From NCBI GenBank assembly GCA_964464605.1, contig CAYXJN010000004.1, positions 248,001 to 312,000 on the forward strand: a DNA stretch of 64,000 nucleotides, given 5' to 3'. The stretch comes from an uncultured Ignavibacteriales bacterium. GTDB taxonomy: Bacteria; Zixibacteria; MSB-5A5; GN15; FEB-12. Positions 9,366-17,693 of this stretch are shown piece by piece (the first letter of the stretch is position 1; each line of letters starts with the position of its first letter). Under the pieces are notes generated by a model. It searched no databases. It saw only the letters and a list, made by a program, of their open reading frames with translations, and had not been told where the DNA came from. A program made the translations under genes and the position numbers.

Positions 9366-10144
9366 TCGAGTTTAAGAATGTCTCATTCGGATACGATCAA
9401 CGGCTGGTACTCAAGAATGTATCGTTTCGTATTGACGAGTCGGAGTCGGTGGTAGTGATGGGCTCCTCCGGATCAGGGAAATCGACGATTCTGCGCCTTA
9501 TTCTCGGACTGGAATGTCCGCAAGAAGGGGAGGTGCTGGTCGATGAGCAGGATATCTGCGTCGTGAGGGAAAAAGAGCGGCAGAATATTCGAAAAAAAAT
9601 CGGGATGGTGTTTCAGGACGGCGCATTGTTCGATTCGCTGACAGTCGGCGAAAATGTCGGCTACTACCTGATTGAAAATACGAAAATGACGTATGATCAA
9701 ATCGAAGGAAAAGTTCGGGCAATGCTCGGGTTTATCGGGCTTGATGCGGATGAAATTATTGACCGTCTGCCGGATCAACTCTCAGGCGGTATGCAGCGTC
9801 GCGTTGCAATTGCGCGGGCATTGCTCTCGACTGATCCGAAAATTATGCTGTACGATGAGCCGACCACCGGGCTCGACCCACAGTCGAGCGAGACAGTGCT
9901 GAATCTGATAACGAAGCTGCAGCAGGATAAATCGATTTCGAGTATTATCGTCACGCATGAAATTGCGGACGCTTTCGCTATCGTAAACCGGTTTATTCTT
10001 TTGCATAAAGGGGAAATAGTGTTCGACGGTACTTTGAATGAACTCCGCGACAGCACCGATGAGGTCGTGGTGGCATTTTTAGCGCCGTTTCGAGAATCGA
10101 TGGCGAATGTCGTCAACAAGCGCTTTATTACGGCATCGGCATGA
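9362..10144 (+). CDS. mlaF: MlaF/Mkl ABC ATP-binding protein
   Basis: GSSGSGKS, FQDGALFDSLTV, LSGGMQRRVAIARAL, YDEPTTGLDP. Confidence 0.92.
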   Translation: MIEFKNVSFGYDQRLVLKNVSFRIDESESVVVMGSSGSGKSTILRLILGLECPQEGEVLVDEQDICVVREKERQNIRKKIGMVFQDGALFDSLTVGENVGYYLIENTKMTYDQIEGKVRAMLGFIGLDADEIIDRLPDQLSGGMQRRVAIARALLSTDPKIMLYDEPTTGLDPQSSETVLNLITKLQQDKSISSIIVTHEIADAFAIVNRFILLHKGEIVFDGTLNELRDSTDEVVVAFLAPFRESMANVVNKRFITASA

Positions 10145-10166
10145 TGCATACTAACGGAGATACAGT

Positions 10167-11102
10167 ATGAAACGTTCTACCAACATAGGCTGGGGAAATA
10201 TCAAGGTCGGACTGCTGATCGTATTCGGTGTCGGCGTAATGTTTTGGGCATCATTGTCGGGCGGTGGAACATCACTGTTCGAGCAGAAAAAAACCTTCGT
10301 CTGCTATTTCAGCAATGTCGGCGGGATGGTCAAAGGGGCGCCGGTTTGGTTGTCCGGTGTTGAGGTTGGCAATGTCCAGTCGATTACTTTCGTGAATATA
10401 GATTCGGCTAAACAGGTGAAGTTAGTTTGCCGCGTTAAAGATGAAGTCTGGCCGCTCATGAATGAAAACACGCGGGTGCAGATAGGAACGATCGGATTTT
10501 TAGGGGATAAATATATCGAAATTATTCCCGGTATCGGCGGCACAGCTCCGCTTGCTGAAGGGGGAGAGGTTGCAGTCAAGCAAGCGCCGGATGCCTCCGC
10601 GGTATTCAGCGCAGCAGAAGGCGCGCTAAAACAGACCGGGTCAGTAGTTGATAATCTGGATTCGCTGTTAGAGCGGATGAACCGCGGAGAAGGTACATTC
10701 GGCCAGTTGGCGAAAAATGATGCCTTGTATCGTGAACTGACCGCTATGCTCACCAACCTTACGAAGCTGACGGCATCGCTCAATGCAAATCAGGAGCGTT
10801 TGTTTAGTTCTATTGAGCGTACTTCCAAATCGCTTGAGAATGTCAGCACCAAATTAGACAAGAATATGGGTACGGCGGGTCGCTTGATGAACGATCCCGC
10901 GTTATACGACAATCTTAATTCCTCGACTCAAAAACTCGATTCGCTGCTCGCTAAACTCAACGCCCCAACCGGTAATGTCGGCTTGTTAGTGAACGATTCC
11001 GCCGTGTATGTAGAAACGGTCAACCTGCTTGCCCGCTTGAACAGTCTGGTCGATGACATCCAAAAGAACCCGCGCAAGTATCTGAAGTTTTCGGTGTTTT
11101 GA
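10167..11102 (+). CDS. mlaD: MlaD/MCE family substrate-binding protein
   Basis: N-terminal TM, GAPVWLSGVEVGNV, GFLGDKYIEI, helical repeats, DIQKNPRKYL. Confidence 0.9.
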   Translation: MKRSTNIGWGNIKVGLLIVFGVGVMFWASLSGGGTSLFEQKKTFVCYFSNVGGMVKGAPVWLSGVEVGNVQSITFVNIDSAKQVKLVCRVKDEVWPLMNENTRVQIGTIGFLGDKYIEIIPGIGGTAPLAEGGEVAVKQAPDASAVFSAAEGALKQTGSVVDNLDSLLERMNRGEGTFGQLAKNDALYRELTAMLTNLTKLTASLNANQERLFSSIERTSKSLENVSTKLDKNMGTAGRLMNDPALYDNLNSSTQKLDSLLAKLNAPTGNVGLLVNDSAVYVETVNLLARLNSLVDDIQKNPRKYLKFSVF

Positions 11103-11120
11103 GTTCAGCATGAGATTGTT

Positions 11121-11912
11121 GTGATTTGCTGGCAAGCCTATATTGATGAAAGTGGAGTGCATGCGAATGCGCGATTTACTGTTGTTGCTGCCGCAATGGC
11201 TAAGCTTGACCTTTGGAATAAGGTAATTCCACAGTGGCAGGATGTTTTGAGGACGTATAAAATAGACTATTTCCATGCTACAGAAGTTAATAGACGCACA
11301 GGGCAATGTGACGGTTGGTCGCCAACATACAGAGATAATTTTGTTAAGTCGCTATTCGATGTTATAAGTGGTAAAGGTATAATATTTCACGGATATATAT
11401 TAGAAGCAGAAATATTTCATTCGACAGTATCGGAACTACAGATACACAATGTTAGTATCTATGATTATTTATTATGTAGCACAGTAAGTGATATCTCAGG
11501 AATTTGTGGTAGTATAAATACAAACGGGTGGAAATTTGATGGGCATAGACTAATAAAGGGTGAGCCACATGAAGTATCGATCTTTGTTGAAGATGGATGT
11601 GCTTTAACTACAACTCTCTATACCATTTGTAGCAGATTAGCATCGAAAGGTAAATTCCCCTTTGTGGAACGAATGAATTCTGGGAATAAAATGGTAGTAC
11701 CACTTCAAGTTGCTGATTTGCTTAGCTATGATATTTACAAAGAGTTCGAAACTAATCCGCGGACGTTTGAAAATATCAACAGATTTTCATTGAAGCGACT
11801 TGAACATGAAAATCGGCTCGTTGGGAAGGTCATGACTCGCGATTGGGTTCGAAAAGACTTGCCCAGTTTCATCCGATTTCTTCAAAAATGGGAAAACGAG
11901 TTAGAAAATTAA
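11121..11912 (+). CDS. DUF3800-like (RNase H fold) protein, AT-rich accessory gene
   Basis: AYIDESG, YFHATE and LQVADLLSY motifs; visibly more AT-rich than the flanks. Confidence 0.75.
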   Translation: MICWQAYIDESGVHANARFTVVAAAMAKLDLWNKVIPQWQDVLRTYKIDYFHATEVNRRTGQCDGWSPTYRDNFVKSLFDVISGKGIIFHGYILEAEIFHSTVSELQIHNVSIYDYLLCSTVSDISGICGSINTNGWKFDGHRLIKGEPHEVSIFVEDGCALTTTLYTICSRLASKGKFPFVERMNSGNKMVVPLQVADLLSYDIYKEFETNPRTFENINRFSLKRLEHENRLVGKVMTRDWVRKDLPSFIRFLQKWENELEN

Positions 11913-11946
11913 ATCCTAAGTCTTATTCCTTCAATAATAATGCCAC

Positions 11947-12027
11947 CTAAACCGGCATCATGGCCAGCATGAACTCAAGCAGTTTTGTCGTACCTAGTTT
12001 CCCTTTTTCGCCGACTTCCATCGGGGG
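11947..12027 (-). pseudogene. Displaced copy of the last 26 codons and stop of the DUF1998 helicase gene
   Basis: Translates PPMEVGEKGKLGTTKLLEFMLAMMPV*, identical to the C-terminus at 17688-17768, with synonymous differences only. Confidence 0.95.
11996..12024. repeat. 29-bp perfect direct repeat, copy 1 (candidate crossover/att core)
   Basis: AGTTTCCCTTTTTCGCCGACTTCCATCGG identical to 17737-17765. Confidence 0.9.
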
Positions 12028-12055
12028 GACACACCACATTCACACACGGTTTAGC

Positions 12056-14629
12056 CTACTCTCCGATTTGCAGCGTCAAAGCCATTGAGAATGTAGCTGG
12101 TGGTCCATACGTGTCCGGTACACTGCCGGCCGGGCTAACGCATCCGCCACTAAAGACGATCTCTATTGAGTGTTGGCCGGGGGCAAGCATGAGCGGTGAT
12201 CCTTCTTCATTCGGGAAATTCGGGTAACTCGTCGGCTGGCCGTCATGATTGAGGATATACATGCCGCCACCATCTAAATTGAAATAAATTCCACCTCCCC
12301 CTTCTCCGACAAAATTGAGGAATAAAGTGCCGGAAAGCGGCGTAGCATCAGCAACAGTAAAAGTAAATTGCGTTGAGGCAACTCCGACTGAACCGGCAAT
12401 ACAGGTAGCAGCTCCGTCTGCCGTTGCATCTACATTGGCATTGAATATCACATCAATCCGCCCTGGATTTGTCTGCGTAACGGTAGCGAGGCAGTTAGCG
12501 GAAGCACCGCCGCTGCCATTACCCGTTGGGCAAATGTAGAGGTCAGTAACTGACACACTCGCGCCGGTACTGCCATAGCCGAGATTGGTATGATTGTCGT
12601 TTTTTACCGTATCATCTACGATGGAATAACTTACCACGCTTGCGGTGGCATCTACCCGTCGGGTATTTAGCACAACTGAGCCGCTGCCGCCGCATCCGAA
12701 TAGCTCGCTTCGCGTGTTTTGTGCGCCTGAGTATAAACTGGAATAGGCATAATATTTCAAAATCTGCTCGTCAGTCAGTGCGTTTTCATCCAAATCGAGT
12801 TCTTCTCCGCAGACAACCACAGTGACTGTTGAATAGGCGGGTGGATTGTCGGCCGTGAGGTCAAACTTTGCGGTTGTCGAGCCGCCGGTGTTGCCGTCAC
12901 CGTTTAAGTCATACCGGGAATAGTCCAGTGCTTGTTGGTTTGCCGATGCCAATCGTGCAGGCATCAGGCCATACGCCGAGAGATAAGCCTCCAAATCATC
13001 TTCGTCGAATCTGTTCGTTTCACCTCCGACTTCAAGCAATGCTTTTCGGATAGGCGCGTTTGCCAGTCCGTGATCAAGCGATAACACCGCCTGATACGCA
13101 TTGACCGCACCGATTGTGTTGTCATAACAGTTCACAATAATTTCCTTTGCCTGATACGGAGTAAGATTGGCGTCTAAATTCATCAGGTATGCGGCTAATC
13201 CTGCTACTTGCGGGGTTGACTGCGATGTTCCCCCTTTGACCCGGAAGTTGTTCGTGCAGTCATCGTCCGGAATCACACAGGGTCCAAGTATTCCGTCGCC
13301 AACCACCATGCGAACATTGGCGCCGAGGTTTGAAAATGAAGTCCGGACGCCGTCGAGTCTGGAACAGCCGACTACGACGACATTCTGAAGCGGGGTGAAG
13401 ATATTTGTCGCGCTGGTTGTGTCGATAAACCGGAGGACATTATTGAAATCGATGCTGTCAGCATCGGAAAGATCTGCGGCGCTGATCCAATCCCATTCCG
13501 ATTCCATTAACGCAGCCATACAGAAAGGGCTGTTATAAACAGCTAAACTTCCTTCACCTGTTTCATCGCCGTCATTTCCTGCCGAGGTCGCATGCAGAAA
13601 CATCTGCTGGAATCCGTTTACCAAAGCGCGCCATTGCAGCGCATAGAGCATTCGCTCCAATGGACTGTATCGGTTAAAATAGGGGTCATTGTATCCCAAG
13701 CTGGTATTTACTATCGATCGGGTGGCACGGGGAATCGAATCTGCGGTCAATTTCAAAATTTCTCCCCACGATTCCCCGCCGGAATTCAGTGATTTTATTT
13801 CGAGTAGCGTCGTTTTTCCCGGGTGAATACCGGTGGTTCCAACGCTGTCGTACGTTGCCCCAAGGATACCCGCAACATGAAAGCCATGATTTCCTGAAGC
13901 ATTGCCATTGTGAATTGCAGTGTAGGCAACGTCGCCGGGAATTTGCAAAAACCGCTGACTTGGGATTTCGGGGCTTGGCGTCAGGCTGCCAAAATAGTCG
14001 GAAACGATAACCGACACTTTGTGCGGCGTTGCTTCAGCGAAGGTTTTCAAATTCCATGCAGCCGGCATCAGGCATTTTTTTAAATGTTCGATATTGGTTG
14101 CGGCCGGTCCGGTGGGAACAATGTTGAGCGATGCTTCATTCGCCGATTCTTCCGGGCTGGGTACCGGAGTACGACCCGGAAACGCAAAAAGAAACGCGCC
14201 GTTGTCACGAAGCCTTTGGCAAATACCGGCAATCTGTGCTGAGTCAGATGCGGCGGGGATGAGCAGAGTCACGAACAGACTGGTATCTTCCATATAACAA
14301 ATGAGCGCCTGTAGAGAATCGAGTATCGCATTCACCTTGCCGATAGTCGCGGCCGGGTCCAGTACAGCGGAAATTTTATTCGCTAACAATCCTGTCGAGT
14401 CTACGAGCATGACCGATGGGGCATTGTATGAAAAGAATTCACTGGTCGCGTGTGCGGCGTTCGCGTTTTCATCTCCGGTCAATAACACGCCCGGCTCACT
14501 CGGATTACCCGGGCCGCCCGGCTCGGTGCTCTTGTCGCCGCCACAGGCAAGAAAGAGTGAAACCAGTACCGCCAATACGCCTGCCGTTGCGAACAATTTG
14601 TAGAGAAATGTTTTGTCATCAACGCGCAT
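12056..14629 (-). CDS. S8 (subtilisin-like) serine peptidase lipoprotein, paralog A
   Basis: CAGGAG RBS; lipobox FLAC; triad VIVSD, NHGFHVAG, GTSQSTPQVAG; oxyanion SAGN; YDLNGDG Ca-binding/dockerin-like loop. Confidence 0.88.
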   Translation of the reverse strand: MRVDDKTFLYKLFATAGVLAVLVSLFLACGGDKSTEPGGPGNPSEPGVLLTGDENANAAHATSEFFSYNAPSVMLVDSTGLLANKISAVLDPAATIGKVNAILDSLQALICYMEDTSLFVTLLIPAASDSAQIAGICQRLRDNGAFLFAFPGRTPVPSPEESANEASLNIVPTGPAATNIEHLKKCLMPAAWNLKTFAEATPHKVSVIVSDYFGSLTPSPEIPSQRFLQIPGDVAYTAIHNGNASGNHGFHVAGILGATYDSVGTTGIHPGKTTLLEIKSLNSGGESWGEILKLTADSIPRATRSIVNTSLGYNDPYFNRYSPLERMLYALQWRALVNGFQQMFLHATSAGNDGDETGEGSLAVYNSPFCMAALMESEWDWISAADLSDADSIDFNNVLRFIDTTSATNIFTPLQNVVVVGCSRLDGVRTSFSNLGANVRMVVGDGILGPCVIPDDDCTNNFRVKGGTSQSTPQVAGLAAYLMNLDANLTPYQAKEIIVNCYDNTIGAVNAYQAVLSLDHGLANAPIRKALLEVGGETNRFDEDDLEAYLSAYGLMPARLASANQQALDYSRYDLNGDGNTGGSTTAKFDLTADNPPAYSTVTVVVCGEELDLDENALTDEQILKYYAYSSLYSGAQNTRSELFGCGGSGSVVLNTRRVDATASVVSYSIVDDTVKNDNHTNLGYGSTGASVSVTDLYICPTGNGSGGASANCLATVTQTNPGRIDVIFNANVDATADGAATCIAGSVGVASTQFTFTVADATPLSGTLFLNFVGEGGGGIYFNLDGGGMYILNHDGQPTSYPNFPNEEGSPLMLAPGQHSIEIVFSGGCVSPAGSVPDTYGPPATFSMALTLQIGE

Positions 14630-14824
14630 TGAGAACTCCTGCTCTTGTGAGGAAATAAACATCCAATGGAAAAATATACACAATCCGCGTGGCTATCCGC
14701 TACCCCAAAATTCTGCGGTGCGATCGAGGAAATTTACGAAGATCCCACAGCAAGCTGTGAGCGACCAGTTAAGGTGACATGGACACCGTCAAGAAAAGAA
14801 TTGCCGTGGCGACGCCACTTACAC
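14526..14824. repeat. 299-bp direct repeat, copy A (S8 signal peptide + upstream region + helicase stop)
   Basis: Aligns without gaps to 17395-17693 (offset 2869); 3 mismatches seen, first 242 bp identical. Confidence 0.95.
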
Positions 14825-14872
14825 TGCCTTCATCGCCAGCATGAGCTCAAACAGCTTCGTCGTGTCTTGTTT
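14819..14872 (-). pseudogene. Degenerate copy of the helicase 3' end between the two S8 genes
   Basis: Translates KQDTTKLFELMLAMKAV* versus true KLGTTKLLEFMLAMMPV*. Confidence 0.85.
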
Positions 14873-17498
14873 ACTTCTTGCTTTGAGTAGTTACTACCGC
14901 CGGTTTTCGGGTGGGAGTAACTGGCGCAAAGGTCAAGCCGCCGCTAATGTCAAATGTGCCGTTCCAATTGGCGCCACCCTGTATGTACAAGGTGTAATTT
15001 CCGGGTACTAACTGACCATCTTCATTGACTCCCGCTGTTTGTCCGGAGGTAAAAAAGGAATCAATAATTGCGCCGGAGGGTCCCTCGAAACCGACATAGC
15101 CATATGCTGTTTCTACCGTTAACGAAGGGTCAGTTTTAACAAAGGTGCCATTGAACTGAAGGGTGTAATAGACTGCAGCATTGACGACCGTGAACTGAAC
15201 CTCGAAATCCGCAGCGGCGTCGGCATTCATCGAACAGAAGTTGCCCTGATTGTTCGCGCTTCCGGAACCGCTAAACGTAATAGCCGTCAGCGTATCACCA
15301 TTGGAACGTACCAGTGATGTGTTCAGGCTTGCATTTGCGTCCATTGTGTTGCTGGGATCAAGCTGGCAGGTGAGGCTGGCTTCGGTGTTGCCGAAGAACG
15401 TGCCGAAATCATACGGCGGAATGTACGGGGTTGAATCTGCATCCCGAACGCGAACATTGTCGTTCGGGTCGAAGGGATTGCCGTGATCAAGTACGCTGGC
15501 AACGACATAATCGGTGCGTTTCGTAACAATCACGACTCCTTCAAAACTTCCGCCGCCACATTCCAAAATCTGGTCACGCTCGGCAGGGTTGCCGTCATAT
15601 AAGGATGAGTTGGCGTAGTATTTCAAAATCTCTTCATCGGTCAAAGAGTTTTCGTTTAGGCTGACTTCTTCACCGCAAAAAGTCGCGGTGATGGTTGTAT
15701 AAGCAGGTGGATTATCGACTGTCAGGTCGAACTTCGCTCGTGTGCTGCCGCCGGTGTAACCGTCGCCGTTTAAGTCATAGCGAGAATAATCGAGTGCCTG
15801 CGGGTTGGTGGATAAAGATCGCGCTGGCATGAGACCGAATACGGAAAGGTAGACTTCCAAGTCGGTTTCGTCGAACAACCCATCTGCTCCTCCGACATCC
15901 AACAACGCTTTGCGAATTGGAGCGTTACCGAGACCGTCATCAAGCGCAAGCACTGCCTGGTACGCGTTGACCACACCAACGCTGTTATCGTAACTATTCT
16001 TGATAATTTCTTTCGCTTGGAAGGGAGCCAGATTCGCATCCAGATTCATCAAATATGCCGCCAATCCGGCGATTTGCGGAGTCGCCTGGGATGTTCCATT
16101 CATCGTAACGAAATTGCTGCTGCAATCTCCGTCGGCAATCACACACGGCCCTAAAATTCCCTCACCGATCATCCGTACATCAGCGCCGAGATTCGAAAAT
16201 TCGGATCTTGTTCCGTTCGGTTTTGAACTGCCGACTACGAGAACATTCAAAAGCGGGGTGAAAATATTTGTCGCGCTGGTAGTGTCGATAAACTTCAGCA
16301 CGCTGTTGTAATTGATACTATCCGCGCTGTTTAGATCAGCTGCGGCAATCCAATCCCATTCCGATTCCATTTGCGCAGCCATATTGAATGGGCTGCCATA
16401 CACCGACAGACTCCCTTCATTGTTGGTTTCGTCGGCTTGATTTCCAGCTGCGGTAGCATGAAGGAACATCAGTTGAAAGCTGTTTACCAGCGCCCGCCAC
16501 TGAAGGGCGTACAACATACGCTCGAGCGGAGAGTAAAATTGGAAATTTGCGTCGTTGTACCCAAGGCTGGTATTGAGAATTGATTTTGTATTTTTGGGGA
16601 TTGAATCGGCCGTGATTTGCAGCAGTCTACCCCACTCTTCACCGCCTATGTTGAGTGAACGGAGCTCCAGTAGGCTGGTATTTCCGGGATGGATTCCGGT
16701 GGTTCCGGTCGAGTCATAGACTGCACCAAGTGCGCCGGCAACGTTGAACCCATGGTTTCCTGAAGCGCTGCCGTTGCTACTGAGCAGAACATATGCAGCG
16801 TCACCGGGGATTTGGATAAAACGCTGACTCGGAATCTCCGGGTTTGGTGTCAGGCTGCCGTAAACATCCGAAACAATCACGGGGACTTTGTGCGGTGTTG
16901 CTTCCGCATGCTCCTTTAGGTTCCATGCGGCCGGCATCAGACATTTCTTGAGATGCGAGATATTGTTGCTCGCAGGTCCTCCGGGAACAATGCTGAGAGC
17001 TGGATCAGAGGTGACGTCCTTCGAAATCATCATCGGTGTATGACCGGGAAAGGCAAAAAGAAAGAGGTCGCTTGACCGCAGCTGTTCACAAATGGCTGCG
17101 ATTTGTGCAGAGTCAGATACTGCCGGAATCAGGAGTGTCATGAACAGGCTGGTATCCTGCATATTAATAATTCGAGCCTGCAGCGAATCCAACAGCGCGT
17201 TGACCTGACTGACTGTCGCACTCGGTGACAGTATGGCGTAAATTTTGTTGGCCAGTAATCCGGTTGTATTGTCAAGAAGTACCGATGGGGCATTATAAGA
17301 AAAATAAGCAGTCGTTACGAATGCAGCATTGGCTGTGTCTGCACCGGTTAGCAGTACGCCGGGTGTTACCGGGTTACCCGGACCTTGCGGTTCAGTGCTC
17401 TTGTCGCCGCCACAGGCAAGAAAGAGTGAAACCAGTACCGCCAATACGCCTGCCGTTGCGAACAATTTGTAGAGAAATGTTTTGTCATCAACGCGCAT
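14871..17498 (-). CDS. S8 (subtilisin-like) serine peptidase lipoprotein, paralog B
   Basis: Same signal peptide as paralog A; VIVSD, NHGFNVAG, AAGN, GTSQATPQIAG; YDLNGDG loop; different C-terminal domain. Confidence 0.88.
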   Translation of the reverse strand: MRVDDKTFLYKLFATAGVLAVLVSLFLACGGDKSTEPQGPGNPVTPGVLLTGADTANAAFVTTAYFSYNAPSVLLDNTTGLLANKIYAILSPSATVSQVNALLDSLQARIINMQDTSLFMTLLIPAVSDSAQIAAICEQLRSSDLFLFAFPGHTPMMISKDVTSDPALSIVPGGPASNNISHLKKCLMPAAWNLKEHAEATPHKVPVIVSDVYGSLTPNPEIPSQRFIQIPGDAAYVLLSSNGSASGNHGFNVAGALGAVYDSTGTTGIHPGNTSLLELRSLNIGGEEWGRLLQITADSIPKNTKSILNTSLGYNDANFQFYSPLERMLYALQWRALVNSFQLMFLHATAAGNQADETNNEGSLSVYGSPFNMAAQMESEWDWIAAADLNSADSINYNSVLKFIDTTSATNIFTPLLNVLVVGSSKPNGTRSEFSNLGADVRMIGEGILGPCVIADGDCSSNFVTMNGTSQATPQIAGLAAYLMNLDANLAPFQAKEIIKNSYDNSVGVVNAYQAVLALDDGLGNAPIRKALLDVGGADGLFDETDLEVYLSVFGLMPARSLSTNPQALDYSRYDLNGDGYTGGSTRAKFDLTVDNPPAYTTITATFCGEEVSLNENSLTDEEILKYYANSSLYDGNPAERDQILECGGGSFEGVVIVTKRTDYVVASVLDHGNPFDPNDNVRVRDADSTPYIPPYDFGTFFGNTEASLTCQLDPSNTMDANASLNTSLVRSNGDTLTAITFSGSGSANNQGNFCSMNADAAADFEVQFTVVNAAVYYTLQFNGTFVKTDPSLTVETAYGYVGFEGPSGAIIDSFFTSGQTAGVNEDGQLVPGNYTLYIQGGANWNGTFDISGGLTFAPVTPTRKPAVVTTQSKK

Positions 17499-17693
17499 TG
17501 AGAACTCCTGCTCTTGTGAGGAAATAAACATCCAATGGAAAAATATACACAATCCGCGTGGCTATCCGCTACCCCAAAATTCTGCGGTGCGATCGAGGAA
17601 ATTTACGAAGATCCCACAGCAAGCTGTGAGCGACCAATTAAGGTGACATGGACACCGTGAAGAAAAGAATTGCGGTGGCGACGCCACTTACAC
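17395..17693. repeat. 299-bp direct repeat, copy B
   Basis: Matches 14526-14824. Confidence 0.95.

Noticed and set aside
11913..11946. DUF3800-associated structured RNA motif
   Set aside because: Only 34 bp downstream and 18 bp upstream are free, with no evident hairpin
14630..14683. ORF-track N-terminal extension MCIFFHWM... of both S8 genes (also 17499-17552)
   Set aside because: The CAGGAG RBS and signal peptide point to MRVDDK as the start
14666..14890. Plus-strand 74-aa ORF MEKYTQ... in the repeated spacer
   Set aside because: No recognisable motif or RBS; it overlaps the leader and the degenerate helicase tail on the other strand
12056..17552. Diversity-generating retroelement acting on the S8 C-termini or helicase tail
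   Set aside because: No reverse transcriptase in the window, and repeat differences are at third codon positions rather than adenine-specific
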